This document shows, piece by piece, positions 19,936 to 29,649 of a stretch of DNA of 64,000 nucleotides. Source of the DNA: Oligoflexia bacterium (GTDB lineage Bacteria > Bdellovibrionota > UBA1018); NCBI GenBank assembly GCA_963758495.1, contig CAVWVI010000001.1, forward strand, positions 448,001 to 512,000, given 5' to 3'. The number at the start of each line of letters is the position of its first letter. Positions within the stretch are counted from its first letter, which is position 1. The position numbers and the translations under genes were made by a program. The notes below the pieces were generated by a model. That model did no database searches. It saw only the letters and a list, made by a program, of their open reading frames with translations, and was not told the origin of the DNA.

Positions 19936-22316
19936 TTCTGGGCCTCCTGATGGATCGAAGTCCCCGAGCGCTTCATGAATCGTTCTAAGAAATACCCCCA
20001 ACCTTTCTTGGGGTGAGACATTTTAAATGCTCGCTTCGCAGTTACGTAATCCGGGCGAACTGAGCGTCGCATTGAAGGACGCTTCAAAGCCTCGTAATCT
20101 TCCCGTGTTTGAAGAGTCTTTAAAGCATGAAGCATCATCTCAAAATGAAGCTCACTGTTTCGGGGCACCCATTGAATCAATTGATTGATTTGTGCTACTG
20201 AGGGTTGAAAACTAAAGAAAGTCGGCAAGTAATTTAACAATAAGCTTGTATTAAACTTTGTTAAATGAAGATACTTAAAACCCTCATCTAAATTGGAAAC
20301 CGAGTTCAGCAAAAGTACTATGAAATCACTTCTACTTTCAGATGGCATTTGTTTAAGTGCCGTCAGCATGAGTTGATGATAGGAGTGATATTGAATCATT
20401 TTACGAACATGTTTTTCCGCAATCTTGGATTGCTCTCGATTAAAGGATCCAATAGTTTTGAAAATACCACTTAATTCCTGTGCTGAATTTGCCAAGTCAA
20501 AAGCGAAATCCAAAATAGAGGGATCTGCTAAGTAGATCCTGACCAGAGTGTCCCTGCTCAAAGAAGGATGATTGGATTGCCCCCTCACTTCAGTCAAGAA
20601 ATTTTGAAATAACTGGGATAATTCAAGCCCAATTGGCTTTTTCAAAGCACCCGACAGGGATTCAAATAAGTTCAATCGACAATGAAAATCAAGACTGATG
20701 TGAGGATTAAAAAGAGTAGCTAGGAACTCATTTCGACTCTCCTGAGGAAGCATTAAATGAAACTGTTTCAGGAGGTCGATGTCATCACCCAACAAACAAT
20801 TGAGTTTCCCTATTTTTAATAATGAAATAATCGGATCCTTAAACGTCTGAAGTATTTGAATTCTATTCTGAGCCAGTGGCTCCAATCTTAGATGTGTAAA
20901 AATCCTCTTTAATTGGGAACTGGGATTTTCAGAAGAAACGGCTCTGCTTAAGGCCTGTGTATTTAATTTTTGAGAAATAGGGCCGTTGTGATCCAGCAAA
21001 TTATCCAGACTTAAGATTTGATCCAAAGAAGGTCTTTGATTTAAAATGACACGAATATTGTCTGAAATCAGCCTTTCACGTTGAAAAGAGTGAATCGCAC
21101 ACGCCTGTAAAATCTTAAGCGAATCATTGACATTCGAAAACCCTTTTAAAAGGATTGTAATAAATCCCACTTTGCTCTTTTCTGATAAATTTGAACAGAC
21201 TTTGGATAAAATACTCAAATTTTTGGAATAAATACCAATGCGAATGTAGTGTTTTTCGAGTGCTTCGATATGTTCTTGAGTTATAAAGCCAAGCTGCTCA
21301 ATAGTTGCATTGATCTGGGTCTCGTTTGTAGCAGTCGCAAGAGCCTGTTCAAAGAGGAATGGATCTAAAATATTGGCGCCATACTTTTGAAGTTGGGTTT
21401 TTAAAGATTTTTCAAAAGCATCGGCTTTTACAATTCTAAAAATTTCAACCATTGTCGTCAAAATTTTCCGTCGAGTAAATTCATCAGAAATGGATCCAAG
21501 GGTTGTAGCGACCTTTCCATCACTCTGTTTATAGAAAGGACCAAAAGTATTATGCCAAGCGGTACTGTCACTTAATGCGATGGCTGTTGATAAAATTCTA
21601 CTTGGGGGTCCAGATTCACCTAAACTCCTTCTAAATTCGGGTAAATTCAGGTTTGGGGTGATAGAGGTATGATTATTATTACCTAAGGCGATAACACCTA
21701 CTTCTGATAGATAATGGTTTCTTTGGCTCGGGGGAATTTTTTCAAAAACCGTAGAAATGAGCTTTGTACTTTGACTATCCCATCCATAGGAAGTTCGATC
21801 CAAAATAACAAATCTCTTGGTCGGCAACTCGTCTTTACCCTCTGTGCCCACCAACCCAAGGCTTTTAAAAAGATCAATTAATGGAATATTACTTCGAAAA
21901 CTTCCTGTGCTTGCATTGATCCGAATCACACGATCCATTTGCTGATTGACCAAATAAAAAGCTTCCAGAAAATCACCGGCAATAACAGCATCACGACCGA
22001 GGGGTGCCCAGACTGCGCCTGGATAGCTGTATTCAAGTTGCGCAATCAATTCTGGACCGCTTGTTTCTATTAAACGAAGAAGATGAGAGTCAGTGCTATT
22101 GACAGTGGCTGCAAATGGATTCTTTGAAAAATCCCAGTTCATTGCATCAGCGACTTGACTCATTGTGGGTCTTTCACTTGAATGCACCAAGTCTTCAAGA
22201 GTGGCCGCACTCACTCCATGATGCCATGAGAAGGAAAAAACAACCCCGCATAAAGCCAAGCTTGCTGAATATTTACTTGATCGAGAAAATCTCTTAAAAA
22301 TAGAAAGAATCATCAT
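19932..22316 (-). CDS. Secreted hypothetical protein, paralog of 18019-19935
   Basis: Signal peptide (VSA|A); YPGAVWAPLGRD, FLEAFY, FVILDRTSYG, AWHNTFGP; long Leu-rich helical region. Confidence 0.7.
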   Translation of the reverse strand: MMILSIFKRFSRSSKYSASLALCGVVFSFSWHHGVSAATLEDLVHSSERPTMSQVADAMNWDFSKNPFAATVNSTDSHLLRLIETSGPELIAQLEYSYPGAVWAPLGRDAVIAGDFLEAFYLVNQQMDRVIRINASTGSFRSNIPLIDLFKSLGLVGTEGKDELPTKRFVILDRTSYGWDSQSTKLISTVFEKIPPSQRNHYLSEVGVIALGNNNHTSITPNLNLPEFRRSLGESGPPSRILSTAIALSDSTAWHNTFGPFYKQSDGKVATTLGSISDEFTRRKILTTMVEIFRIVKADAFEKSLKTQLQKYGANILDPFLFEQALATATNETQINATIEQLGFITQEHIEALEKHYIRIGIYSKNLSILSKVCSNLSEKSKVGFITILLKGFSNVNDSLKILQACAIHSFQRERLISDNIRVILNQRPSLDQILSLDNLLDHNGPISQKLNTQALSRAVSSENPSSQLKRIFTHLRLEPLAQNRIQILQTFKDPIISLLKIGKLNCLLGDDIDLLKQFHLMLPQESRNEFLATLFNPHISLDFHCRLNLFESLSGALKKPIGLELSQLFQNFLTEVRGQSNHPSLSRDTLVRIYLADPSILDFAFDLANSAQELSGIFKTIGSFNREQSKIAEKHVRKMIQYHSYHQLMLTALKQMPSESRSDFIVLLLNSVSNLDEGFKYLHLTKFNTSLLLNYLPTFFSFQPSVAQINQLIQWVPRNSELHFEMMLHALKTLQTREDYEALKRPSMRRSVRPDYVTAKRAFKMSHPKKGWGYFLERFMKRSGTSIHQEAQK

Positions 22317-22394
22317 AATACTTTATCTAAATTCCAGCGACCTTATTTTGAGAGACAGTTTTTAAAAGCCTAAAACCGAGTGGTTTATTTTATC

Positions 22395-23534
22395 TTATTT
22401 AATGAATTGATCTAAGAATCCATTCACTATGTAGAATTTGAAAATATTCCTTTTTGCAGGAACTTTCATATGGGGTTTACTCGGATTCACATCAATGTCG
22501 TGGATTGTCGAGAATGTTAGAACTGATTGAACTAGTCTTTGAATTCTTTGACTCTGCTCTTGTGTTTCGGCACGCTCAGCAATAGCAAGGGCTTCATAAA
22601 TTAATGTAAAATTGAGAGAGACATCCATATAGTAGAGATCCCAGGCTGTCCATTTTACATTTCCGGTGTATTTTCTAATTAAATTTCGCAGTTGAAGCAG
22701 GTCCTTTTCAGAGGAGGGCTTGACCTGTGTTTTAGGTAATCTTTGAAGTAGCAGTTCAAGTTCATTCGCTGTGATCGAGTCTGCTCGTCTTACACTTTTC
22801 AATAATAAGTCTAATTTATCCCGATCCGTCATTGAGAGCGAGCTTTGATCAAGAAAGTCAATACTCATTTTGAAACTTTGCGTTCTGAGACTTTGCCGAC
22901 TTACTTGCAGGGATTCCGCAAAAAACACATTCAGATCTTCACCCTGCCTCGGATCAGGGAGTTTGGCTTTTAATACGTTTCGATAAGCATCTAGATCTTG
23001 ACTTGAAAAAGAAGCCTTCGATAAAAGCTCAAACAACCGGCAAGCCTCATTATAATTTAAATGAGGTTTATTCATTTCTTGAACTGCATCGGATTCAACA
23101 ATGAGGGTTTGAAAAAACTGAGTCTTACTTAATAAATGCTCATAATTTTGCCTTGTTTCAGTGCTCGTTTTATTTTTTACAACTGAGGCGAGTACTTCAT
23201 CAAGTACGTACCCCAGAGAAAATCTTTCTGGGTTGTTTTTTACTCTGACAAAATGCTCTGCGGCTGCGATTCTAAGTTGGAATAAGCTAATGCCATATTT
23301 AGAAAAATCTACCTCGTTGGCAATAGGGCCATTCATAACAAACTCATAACGGGGAGGCGAATCAAGAAGTATTGCGCTATTACTCGGGGAACTAAGAGGC
23401 TCGTAAGAAAGCCTTGCACTGCTGATTGGGGAGCTGGGAGGCGTATTATGAACTATTGCCGTGTTGCGTGGAGAGCCAGCGCTTAGAGTCGATATAAAAA
23501 GTAAAAGAAGAGAGCTAGAAATGAGAGAGACCAT
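22395..23534 (-). CDS. Secreted hypothetical protein with a Pro/Ser-rich N-terminal linker
   Basis: Long ORF. A start at MVSLISSSLLLLFISTLSA gives a signal peptide and avoids overlap with the divergent gene. Confidence 0.6.
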   Translation of the reverse strand: MVSLISSSLLLLFISTLSAGSPRNTAIVHNTPPSSPISSARLSYEPLSSPSNSAILLDSPPRYEFVMNGPIANEVDFSKYGISLFQLRIAAAEHFVRVKNNPERFSLGYVLDEVLASVVKNKTSTETRQNYEHLLSKTQFFQTLIVESDAVQEMNKPHLNYNEACRLFELLSKASFSSQDLDAYRNVLKAKLPDPRQGEDLNVFFAESLQVSRQSLRTQSFKMSIDFLDQSSLSMTDRDKLDLLLKSVRRADSITANELELLLQRLPKTQVKPSSEKDLLQLRNLIRKYTGNVKWTAWDLYYMDVSLNFTLIYEALAIAERAETQEQSQRIQRLVQSVLTFSTIHDIDVNPSKPHMKVPAKRNIFKFYIVNGFLDQFIK

Positions 23535-23723
23535 TCGATTGAAACAAGAACTTTGTATCTGCGTATCAGGGGTAGATTCTATCATCTCTGAACAACTTTC
23601 TCTAAAAAGATTTAAAACCAGACTAACCATAAACTGTCGCACTGCGTATACCAAAAAATGCAAGACCGCCAAAATAAATTTAACAGGATTGACAATACTT
23701 AGATTTCTGCGAAGGCTAAAGTA

Positions 23724-24911
23724 ATGCAAAACTTAAGATCAATTGCAATCGTCGGCTCTGGTCCAGCAGCCCTCATGACCGCAGACGTAGTCTCCAGCGC
23801 CGGACATTCTGTCTCCATTTTTGAAAAAAGGAAGGCGCCTGGTAGAAAACTACTCATCGCCGGAAGCTCAGGTCTCAATATTACAAATAACTTACCCCTA
23901 GCGGAATTTATGAAACATTATTCAGGACCATCTGAATTCTGGCACAAGGTTCTAAAGACTTTCTCTCCAGAGGCATGGATCAAATTCATTGAAAACCTAA
24001 AAATAAACACTTTTGAAGGAACTAGTGGCCGATACTTTGTGCAGGACATGAAAGCATCTAAATTTCTTCGCGCATGGCTCAATCAACTCAGTGAGAAAGG
24101 TGTTCAATTTTATTACGATCATGAATGTGTAGGCTTTGAGAAGGAGAAAACTACAGACAAACTCCTTATACATTTCTCGCAAAAGAATTTACGCCCATTC
24201 GATGCCCTCTGTTTTTGCTTAGGGGGTGGCAGCTACGAACCCGCCGAATCTCCTTTAAGATGGCCATCGATATTCCTTAAAAACAAGTTAGGATTCGATG
24301 GCTTTACACCCTCTAATGTCGGATATCAAATAGACTGGACTGAAGCCTTCTTAAAAGAAGCTGAAGGACTACCCCTTAAAAACATTAAACTAACATCAAG
24401 TAAAGGAAGCCGCATGGGAGACGCGGTGATTACAAAGTATGGCCTTGAAGGTACTCCAGTGTATTTTGTAGGCGAACCCGGTACCCTTAAAATTGATCTC
24501 AAGCCAGATTTAAATAGAGAACAAATTTTAATCAAATGTCAGGGAATTAAGGAAAATCTCTCTCCCTTAAGAAGAGTAAAAAGACAATTATCGCTTTGCC
24601 CCGCTTCCCTTGCACTTCTCTTTCATCACACCCCCAAAGCAGTTTTGCTTGACTTAAAACTCCTTGCATCCTTTATTAAAAGTTTTCCAATTACATTTCG
24701 GAGTAGCCAAAGTATCGATGAAGCTATTTCATCTGCCGGAGGCCTTCATCTTTCAGAGTTGAATGAAAATTTTATGCTAAAAAAATACCCTGGAGTATTT
24801 GCAGCGGGAGAAATGTTGAACTGGGACGCACCGACAGGAGGTTTTCTAATTCAAGGCTGTGTGTCGCAAGGATTTTGCGCAGGTCAAGGAGTCATCTCAT
24901 ACTTTAAATAG
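23724..24911 (+). CDS. HI0933/YhiN-like flavoprotein (TIGR03862-type)
   Basis: IVGSGPAAL, GRKLLIAGSSGLNIT, GTSGRYF, EAISSAGG, GEMLNWDAPTGGFLIQ. Confidence 0.88.
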   Translation: MQNLRSIAIVGSGPAALMTADVVSSAGHSVSIFEKRKAPGRKLLIAGSSGLNITNNLPLAEFMKHYSGPSEFWHKVLKTFSPEAWIKFIENLKINTFEGTSGRYFVQDMKASKFLRAWLNQLSEKGVQFYYDHECVGFEKEKTTDKLLIHFSQKNLRPFDALCFCLGGGSYEPAESPLRWPSIFLKNKLGFDGFTPSNVGYQIDWTEAFLKEAEGLPLKNIKLTSSKGSRMGDAVITKYGLEGTPVYFVGEPGTLKIDLKPDLNREQILIKCQGIKENLSPLRRVKRQLSLCPASLALLFHHTPKAVLLDLKLLASFIKSFPITFRSSQSIDEAISSAGGLHLSELNENFMLKKYPGVFAAGEMLNWDAPTGGFLIQGCVSQGFCAGQGVISYFK

Positions 24912-24942
24912 TACTACTACGAAAGTTTTAACGGAGTAGTCA

Positions 24943-24971
24943 TAGTCACTGCCGCTTCCCGGCAGCGACTA
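24943..24971. terminator. Hairpin between convergent genes, candidate bidirectional terminator
   Basis: TAGTCACTGCCG-CTTCC-CGGCAGCGACTA; overlaps the stop codon of the minus-strand gene. Confidence 0.5.
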
Positions 24972-26339
24972 AATAAAACGCTGTAGAAACCTCTCCAGCT
25001 CAGAACTATATGTTTCAACAAACTTCTTAAAAACCCCTTCGACATATTCATTTTTACGGCTCTTAATAAAATTTTTCAAATCAGCTCGCTCCCCTTCAAG
25101 CCAAATAAAATTAGAAATGTCATGAGCAATAATGAATAAAGAGGGAAGCTGTCCTAATTGTGAAGCATTGAGACGATTAGGAAATCCAGTTCCATCAGGG
25201 CGCTCGTGATGGGATCTAATAATTAAATCTACGTCTGAGGGCACATTTTGCATACGCTTGAGAAGCTCTACTGCTTCATTTCCATGCTCTCTAAATTTAC
25301 TCCATGAATCTTGACCTTTTGGCGGTGAATTTTTCCTTGATAATAAAAACAATTCAGTCATTGCAACTTCATTATCAGATAACGTGAGATCATGAATAAT
25401 AGAAGCAAATGCAAGTTTGTACTGCATGGTTTCTGAAGTCCATCCAAACATACTCGCTAATAGGCAAGAAACTTGAGCTAATAAAACACTATGAGTGCTC
25501 AGGTAGTTATCCCGTTTTAAATTAACTCTTTCAATAAAAGGAGTCACAGTTGAATCACTCATAATACTTGTCAATGCAAGCTGAGTACATGTTTTTGCGA
25601 GAGCAAACGCTTCCTGTGATACCCCCAGACTAGAAATGACTTGATACAAAGTTTCATAAGCTCGAGTCGAATTATGAAGAGACTCTTCCATTAATAGCGA
25701 CTTAGCGTGAATGATGCCCATCAAATCCGTGGTATATTTATTTAATAACTCGCCAATATCATTAGCCATGAAATACAAATACTCTATGTTCTTTTCTACA
25801 TATTTATCCAAATCTTCTTGTCCGAAGATATCTCCTGCTTTAATGAGTTTCACATATTTTTCATCGGACAACTTAATGTAGAAATCACAATTGATACCAC
25901 CCAGTTTCAATAATGCATTGATTTTCATAGGACAATACTTGATAGGAACAGAATCAACGGCCTCCTCCGACGGAGTCCTTATTGCCTCATTTATTGCATT
26001 AATCACTTCCTTGGATTTGAAAGGCTTTTCTATAACTGCACTGAGCTTATCTTCCGCAGTAAATTTTCGATCTCCTGCAGCCGATCCAGAACAAAGAATG
26101 AATGGAATAGATCGAGGCATAGTTTTCATAAAACGATAGACTTCATCGCTTGTACCATCACCTAAATCATAGTCCGAGAAAATGCAATCAATGTCAGGAT
26201 TTTCCTTAAGAAGCTCTATAGCCCTTTTAACGCAATCTGCCTCTAATATATCAAATTTAAATTTTGATTTTATGACTAATAAAATTATCTCTAAAATTTC
26301 AGCGTTATCTTCGATGACTAGAATTTTTTTATTTTTCAT
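24969..26339 (-). CDS. Response regulator receiver + HD-GYP-like domain protein
   Basis: KILVIED, FSDYDL and EKPF (receiver); IIHDL and HHERPDGTGFP. Confidence 0.85.
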   Translation of the reverse strand: MKNKKILVIEDNAEILEIILLVIKSKFKFDILEADCVKRAIELLKENPDIDCIFSDYDLGDGTSDEVYRFMKTMPRSIPFILCSGSAAGDRKFTAEDKLSAVIEKPFKSKEVINAINEAIRTPSEEAVDSVPIKYCPMKINALLKLGGINCDFYIKLSDEKYVKLIKAGDIFGQEDLDKYVEKNIEYLYFMANDIGELLNKYTTDLMGIIHAKSLLMEESLHNSTRAYETLYQVISSLGVSQEAFALAKTCTQLALTSIMSDSTVTPFIERVNLKRDNYLSTHSVLLAQVSCLLASMFGWTSETMQYKLAFASIIHDLTLSDNEVAMTELFLLSRKNSPPKGQDSWSKFREHGNEAVELLKRMQNVPSDVDLIIRSHHERPDGTGFPNRLNASQLGQLPSLFIIAHDISNFIWLEGERADLKNFIKSRKNEYVEGVFKKFVETYSSELERFLQRFI

Positions 26340-26447
26340 TATTATCCCTATGCTATGGATTAGTATACATTTTGAAATTATTTAATCCCACTAGTTATCA
26401 AAAAATTATAAGTTTATATCTTAGTCAAAAACTTGACATGCCTTAAT

Positions 26448-26487
26448 TATTGGGGCATTTCTATACAAAATGGGGTAAATTTCCCCA
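26448..26487. promoter_or_regulatory. Candidate enhancer (UAS) pair for a sigma54 activator
   Basis: TATTGGGGCA plus near-palindrome TGGGGTAAATTTCCCCA, about 80 bp upstream of a sigma54 promoter. Same arrangement at 30971-31013. Confidence 0.5.
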
Positions 26488-26552
26488 TAAAAATTTAATT
26501 AAATAAATCATAAATTAAGCTAACTACTTAATATTTAAATACTTTAATAAAG

Positions 26553-26568
26553 TGGCTTACTCATTGCT
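26553..26568 (+). promoter_or_regulatory. sigma54 (-24/-12) promoter of the CsbD-like gene
   Basis: TGGCTTACTCATTGCT (GG-N10-GC), preceded by an AT-rich tract. Confidence 0.7.
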
Positions 26569-26626
26569 CATAGTATCATCCTGTGAAGTGCCAGAAACTT
26601 TAACTCTAACAGGAGGATTGCGAGAG

Positions 26627-26848
26627 ATGAATGAAAATTTCGCTAACACCAAATGGGTAGTAGTCAAAGACAAAATAAAGGCCAGGTGGGAGAAACTCAC
26701 TGACGATGATATCGAGTCTTTTCGGGAAAACATCGATAGTCTTACTGGAAAGATTCAACTCGTCTATGGTTGCACAAAGGATCACGCTGAATGGGAGTAC
26801 AAGGAATTCAAACATAAACTTCAATCATTCTGGAATAAAGGACGGTAA
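26627..26848 (+). CDS. CsbD/YjbJ-like stress protein
   Basis: KWVVVKDKIKARWEKLTDDDI...LTGKIQLVYG; AGGAGG RBS upstream. Confidence 0.85.
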   Translation: MNENFANTKWVVVKDKIKARWEKLTDDDIESFRENIDSLTGKIQLVYGCTKDHAEWEYKEFKHKLQSFWNKGR

Positions 26849-26897
26849 TCCCTACCTCATTTCCAGACAGATCACTCACCCTTCAACATAATATTAG

Positions 26898-26942
26898 ATA
26901 GAAATAGAGGGAGTCCTGAGGACCTCCCTCTATTTCTATTTT
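26898..26942 (+). terminator. Rho-independent terminator after the CsbD-like gene
   Basis: ATAGAAATAGAGGGAG..CTCCCTCTATTTCTAT inverted repeat followed by Ts. Confidence 0.7.
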
Positions 26943-27018
26943 CTGAACATCTTTAAAATAGACCTCAAAGTAATTCTAAAAATAAGCGTTCTACAGAAAA
27001 TTTTGATAATATACCAAT

Positions 27019-29649
27019 ATGAATATTCCATTAGTGTTAATAGCGACCAAACGTTGGTTTACTCATTTAGATTCAAAAATTCGAATCACTCTGGATCGTA
27101 TTCTACCCAGAAACTTAACAATACGTTACATTGCCGCCTTAAGTACGATTGGAGTCTTATCGATTTTAGGACAGATTGTAGTGCAGCTTGCCTTAACACG
27201 TCTTGAAGATTATCAAAAGAAACTACGAACAATTGAGATCAAAATTCAAGATAGCGAAAGTGTGCGAAAAGCCGCATTTGCTCTCCACCTCAATTCAAAT
27301 AAGCCTAAAACCCAAGATCAATTTGAGGGCATTTTGGATTGGCTGAGTCGCCTCGAGAATAGTCAGCAATTTATCAGTACAGATGTAACTCAACTTAAAA
27401 TTCAAATTGACTCACCCCCTGATCTCCCCAAGCTTGCCGAGAGTGAAAAAAGAGCAATCTCGCGAATCAATCAGAACTTTTGGCATCTTCATTCCGTTCT
27501 TTTAGATAAAACCTCTTTGCATGAGTCACAAATAGAAAACCAAATCAATACACTAGCTCAAGATCTTTTAAATAATGAGACTCTGTATGGTGAAACCCTT
27601 CGTGCATTAGCTCACTTTTACGAGCAACAGCTCATCCAACAAACTAACGATTCTCATCAACTAGAACTCTTCTTTCTTATGGCGACGCTATCACTCTTAA
27701 TTGTAGAAGCCCTGTATGTATTTCGACCAGGCGTCGAAAGCCTATACGAGGCCCTCAGAACTCGTTCTGATTTTTTAGGTCGCATGGGTCATGAGATTAG
27801 AAATCCAATGAATTCCATTATTGGTATGACAAATCTACTTTTTGAAACGCCCTTAACGGATCAACAGAAAAAGTACCTTTCTACGCTTCGTAAATCGAGT
27901 GGAAGTTTGCTCGAAATGCTCAATAATCTGCTTGATTTTTCAACCGCTGAATCAAAAGGAACCAAACTCGAAAAAATCCCTTTTAACTTGTATGACCTTG
28001 TCGAGAGGTCGATTGATTTAGCGGTCTTCGGTGCTCATGCACACGGGCTTGAGCTCATTTTAGATCTAGGATTTGACGTCCCGCTCAGACTCAAAGGAGA
28101 TCCCACTCGACTGCAACAAATTCTAGCAAATCTTCTAGGCAATGCATTGAAGTTTACAAAACAGGGAGAAGTCACCCTGCAAGTACAGCTTATGAAGCAC
28201 TCAGAAGATCCACTTATTCAGTTTTCCATTATTGACACTGGCATGGGTATCGATAAGAAAAAGATTCAACAAATTTTTAATCCATTTGTTCAAGAGGACT
28301 CCACTGTCAGAAGAAGATTCGGTGGATCAGGTCTTGGGCTCAGCATCGCAAATGATCTCGTGAAATTGATGGAAGGAACTCTTGCTGTCGAAAGTGAAAA
28401 AAATATAGGAAGTCGTTTCTATTTTACAATTCCGCTTCCTATCGAACCAAAATCCGCACAGGGCGAAAATATCGACCAGCTTATTATACAAAAGCAACAA
28501 TTGGATAATTTTGACGCAATGATCCTCGAACCCAACGCTAGGGTCTCAAGTCTACTTGAAAGTTTGGTACAAAAAATGGGAGGCACTACATCACGAATCA
28601 ATGATCAGTCAGAAATATTAAGACTATTTTCTAGCTTCACAAAATCCAATCAAACAAAGAGCACTATATTCATAGTAGACTATGAATTTATCAAAGGTTC
28701 TCTCAATGATTTATTTTCAATCGCTCGTCGAAGTGACGTGAATTTTAGTGGGTTTATCTTTTTGATTAAAACTACAGCATCCTCTAGCGAACTTGAAAAA
28801 CTTGCAGATTATGGAGTTAATAATTTTCTATTTAAACCCGTCAAACCCATTCAATTGATAGAACTTGTGGGATATGCAATTACTGGAAAAAAAGAAACCA
28901 AGGTCATAGTAGAACAAGAAGAACTCGTTCATGATCACAGAAATCTTCGTGTTCTTGCGGCGGACGACTCCAAAGATAATCAATTTCTTATTAAAGCATA
29001 CTTAGAATCATTACCCTATCGCCTTGTATTTGCAGACAATGGACTCATAGCATTCCAAAAATTTAAGGAATCACGATTTGATATCATTCTGATGGATTTA
29101 CAGATGCCAGAGATGGACGGCTATTCTGCAGTAGAAGCTATTCGCCAATGGGAAGAGTCTGAAAATATGCGCCCCATCCCTATTATTGCGGTCACTGCCC
29201 ATGACAATGAATACGAAACCAAACGGTTTCGTGATGCAGGATTCTCTGGATATCTTCTCAAGCCTATAAACCCCAATCAAATTCGAAGAGAAATTTTAAA
29301 GTTCACTCATGGTATCAAACAAATACCTCAAAGCATTGCGCCCGCTGATTCAATTGCTACACTAGAAAAACGACTAGGTGAGCTCGCTCCAGGATATATT
29401 CGAAATCGGCGAAAGGATTTAATTGAACTCAAAAAGTATATAGAAGCTTCAGACTTTAAACAAATTGCCATTCTTGGTCATAGAACCAAGGGAAGTGCAA
29501 AAAGCTACGGATTTGAAGAATTAGGTAACCTTGGTTCCGAACTAGAAGAAGCAGCAAAAGAAATGGATCTCGATAAAACTCAAACGGCTGTTTTTTCCAT
29601 GGAATCCTTTCTTACCCGTGCTCCTTTCGATACAATGTTTTGCGATTAA
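27019..29649 (+). CDS. Hybrid sensor histidine kinase (2 TM, HisKA, HATPase, receiver domains, Hpt)
   Basis: GHEIRNP, NLLGNALKFT, DTGMG, GGSGLGL, LMDLQMPEMDG, GHRTKGS. Confidence 0.93.
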   Translation: MNIPLVLIATKRWFTHLDSKIRITLDRILPRNLTIRYIAALSTIGVLSILGQIVVQLALTRLEDYQKKLRTIEIKIQDSESVRKAAFALHLNSNKPKTQDQFEGILDWLSRLENSQQFISTDVTQLKIQIDSPPDLPKLAESEKRAISRINQNFWHLHSVLLDKTSLHESQIENQINTLAQDLLNNETLYGETLRALAHFYEQQLIQQTNDSHQLELFFLMATLSLLIVEALYVFRPGVESLYEALRTRSDFLGRMGHEIRNPMNSIIGMTNLLFETPLTDQQKKYLSTLRKSSGSLLEMLNNLLDFSTAESKGTKLEKIPFNLYDLVERSIDLAVFGAHAHGLELILDLGFDVPLRLKGDPTRLQQILANLLGNALKFTKQGEVTLQVQLMKHSEDPLIQFSIIDTGMGIDKKKIQQIFNPFVQEDSTVRRRFGGSGLGLSIANDLVKLMEGTLAVESEKNIGSRFYFTIPLPIEPKSAQGENIDQLIIQKQQLDNFDAMILEPNARVSSLLESLVQKMGGTTSRINDQSEILRLFSSFTKSNQTKSTIFIVDYEFIKGSLNDLFSIARRSDVNFSGFIFLIKTTASSSELEKLADYGVNNFLFKPVKPIQLIELVGYAITGKKETKVIVEQEELVHDHRNLRVLAADDSKDNQFLIKAYLESLPYRLVFADNGLIAFQKFKESRFDIILMDLQMPEMDGYSAVEAIRQWEESENMRPIPIIAVTAHDNEYETKRFRDAGFSGYLLKPINPNQIRREILKFTHGIKQIPQSIAPADSIATLEKRLGELAPGYIRNRRKDLIELKKYIEASDFKQIAILGHRTKGSAKSYGFEELGNLGSELEEAAKEMDLDKTQTAVFSMESFLTRAPFDTMFCD

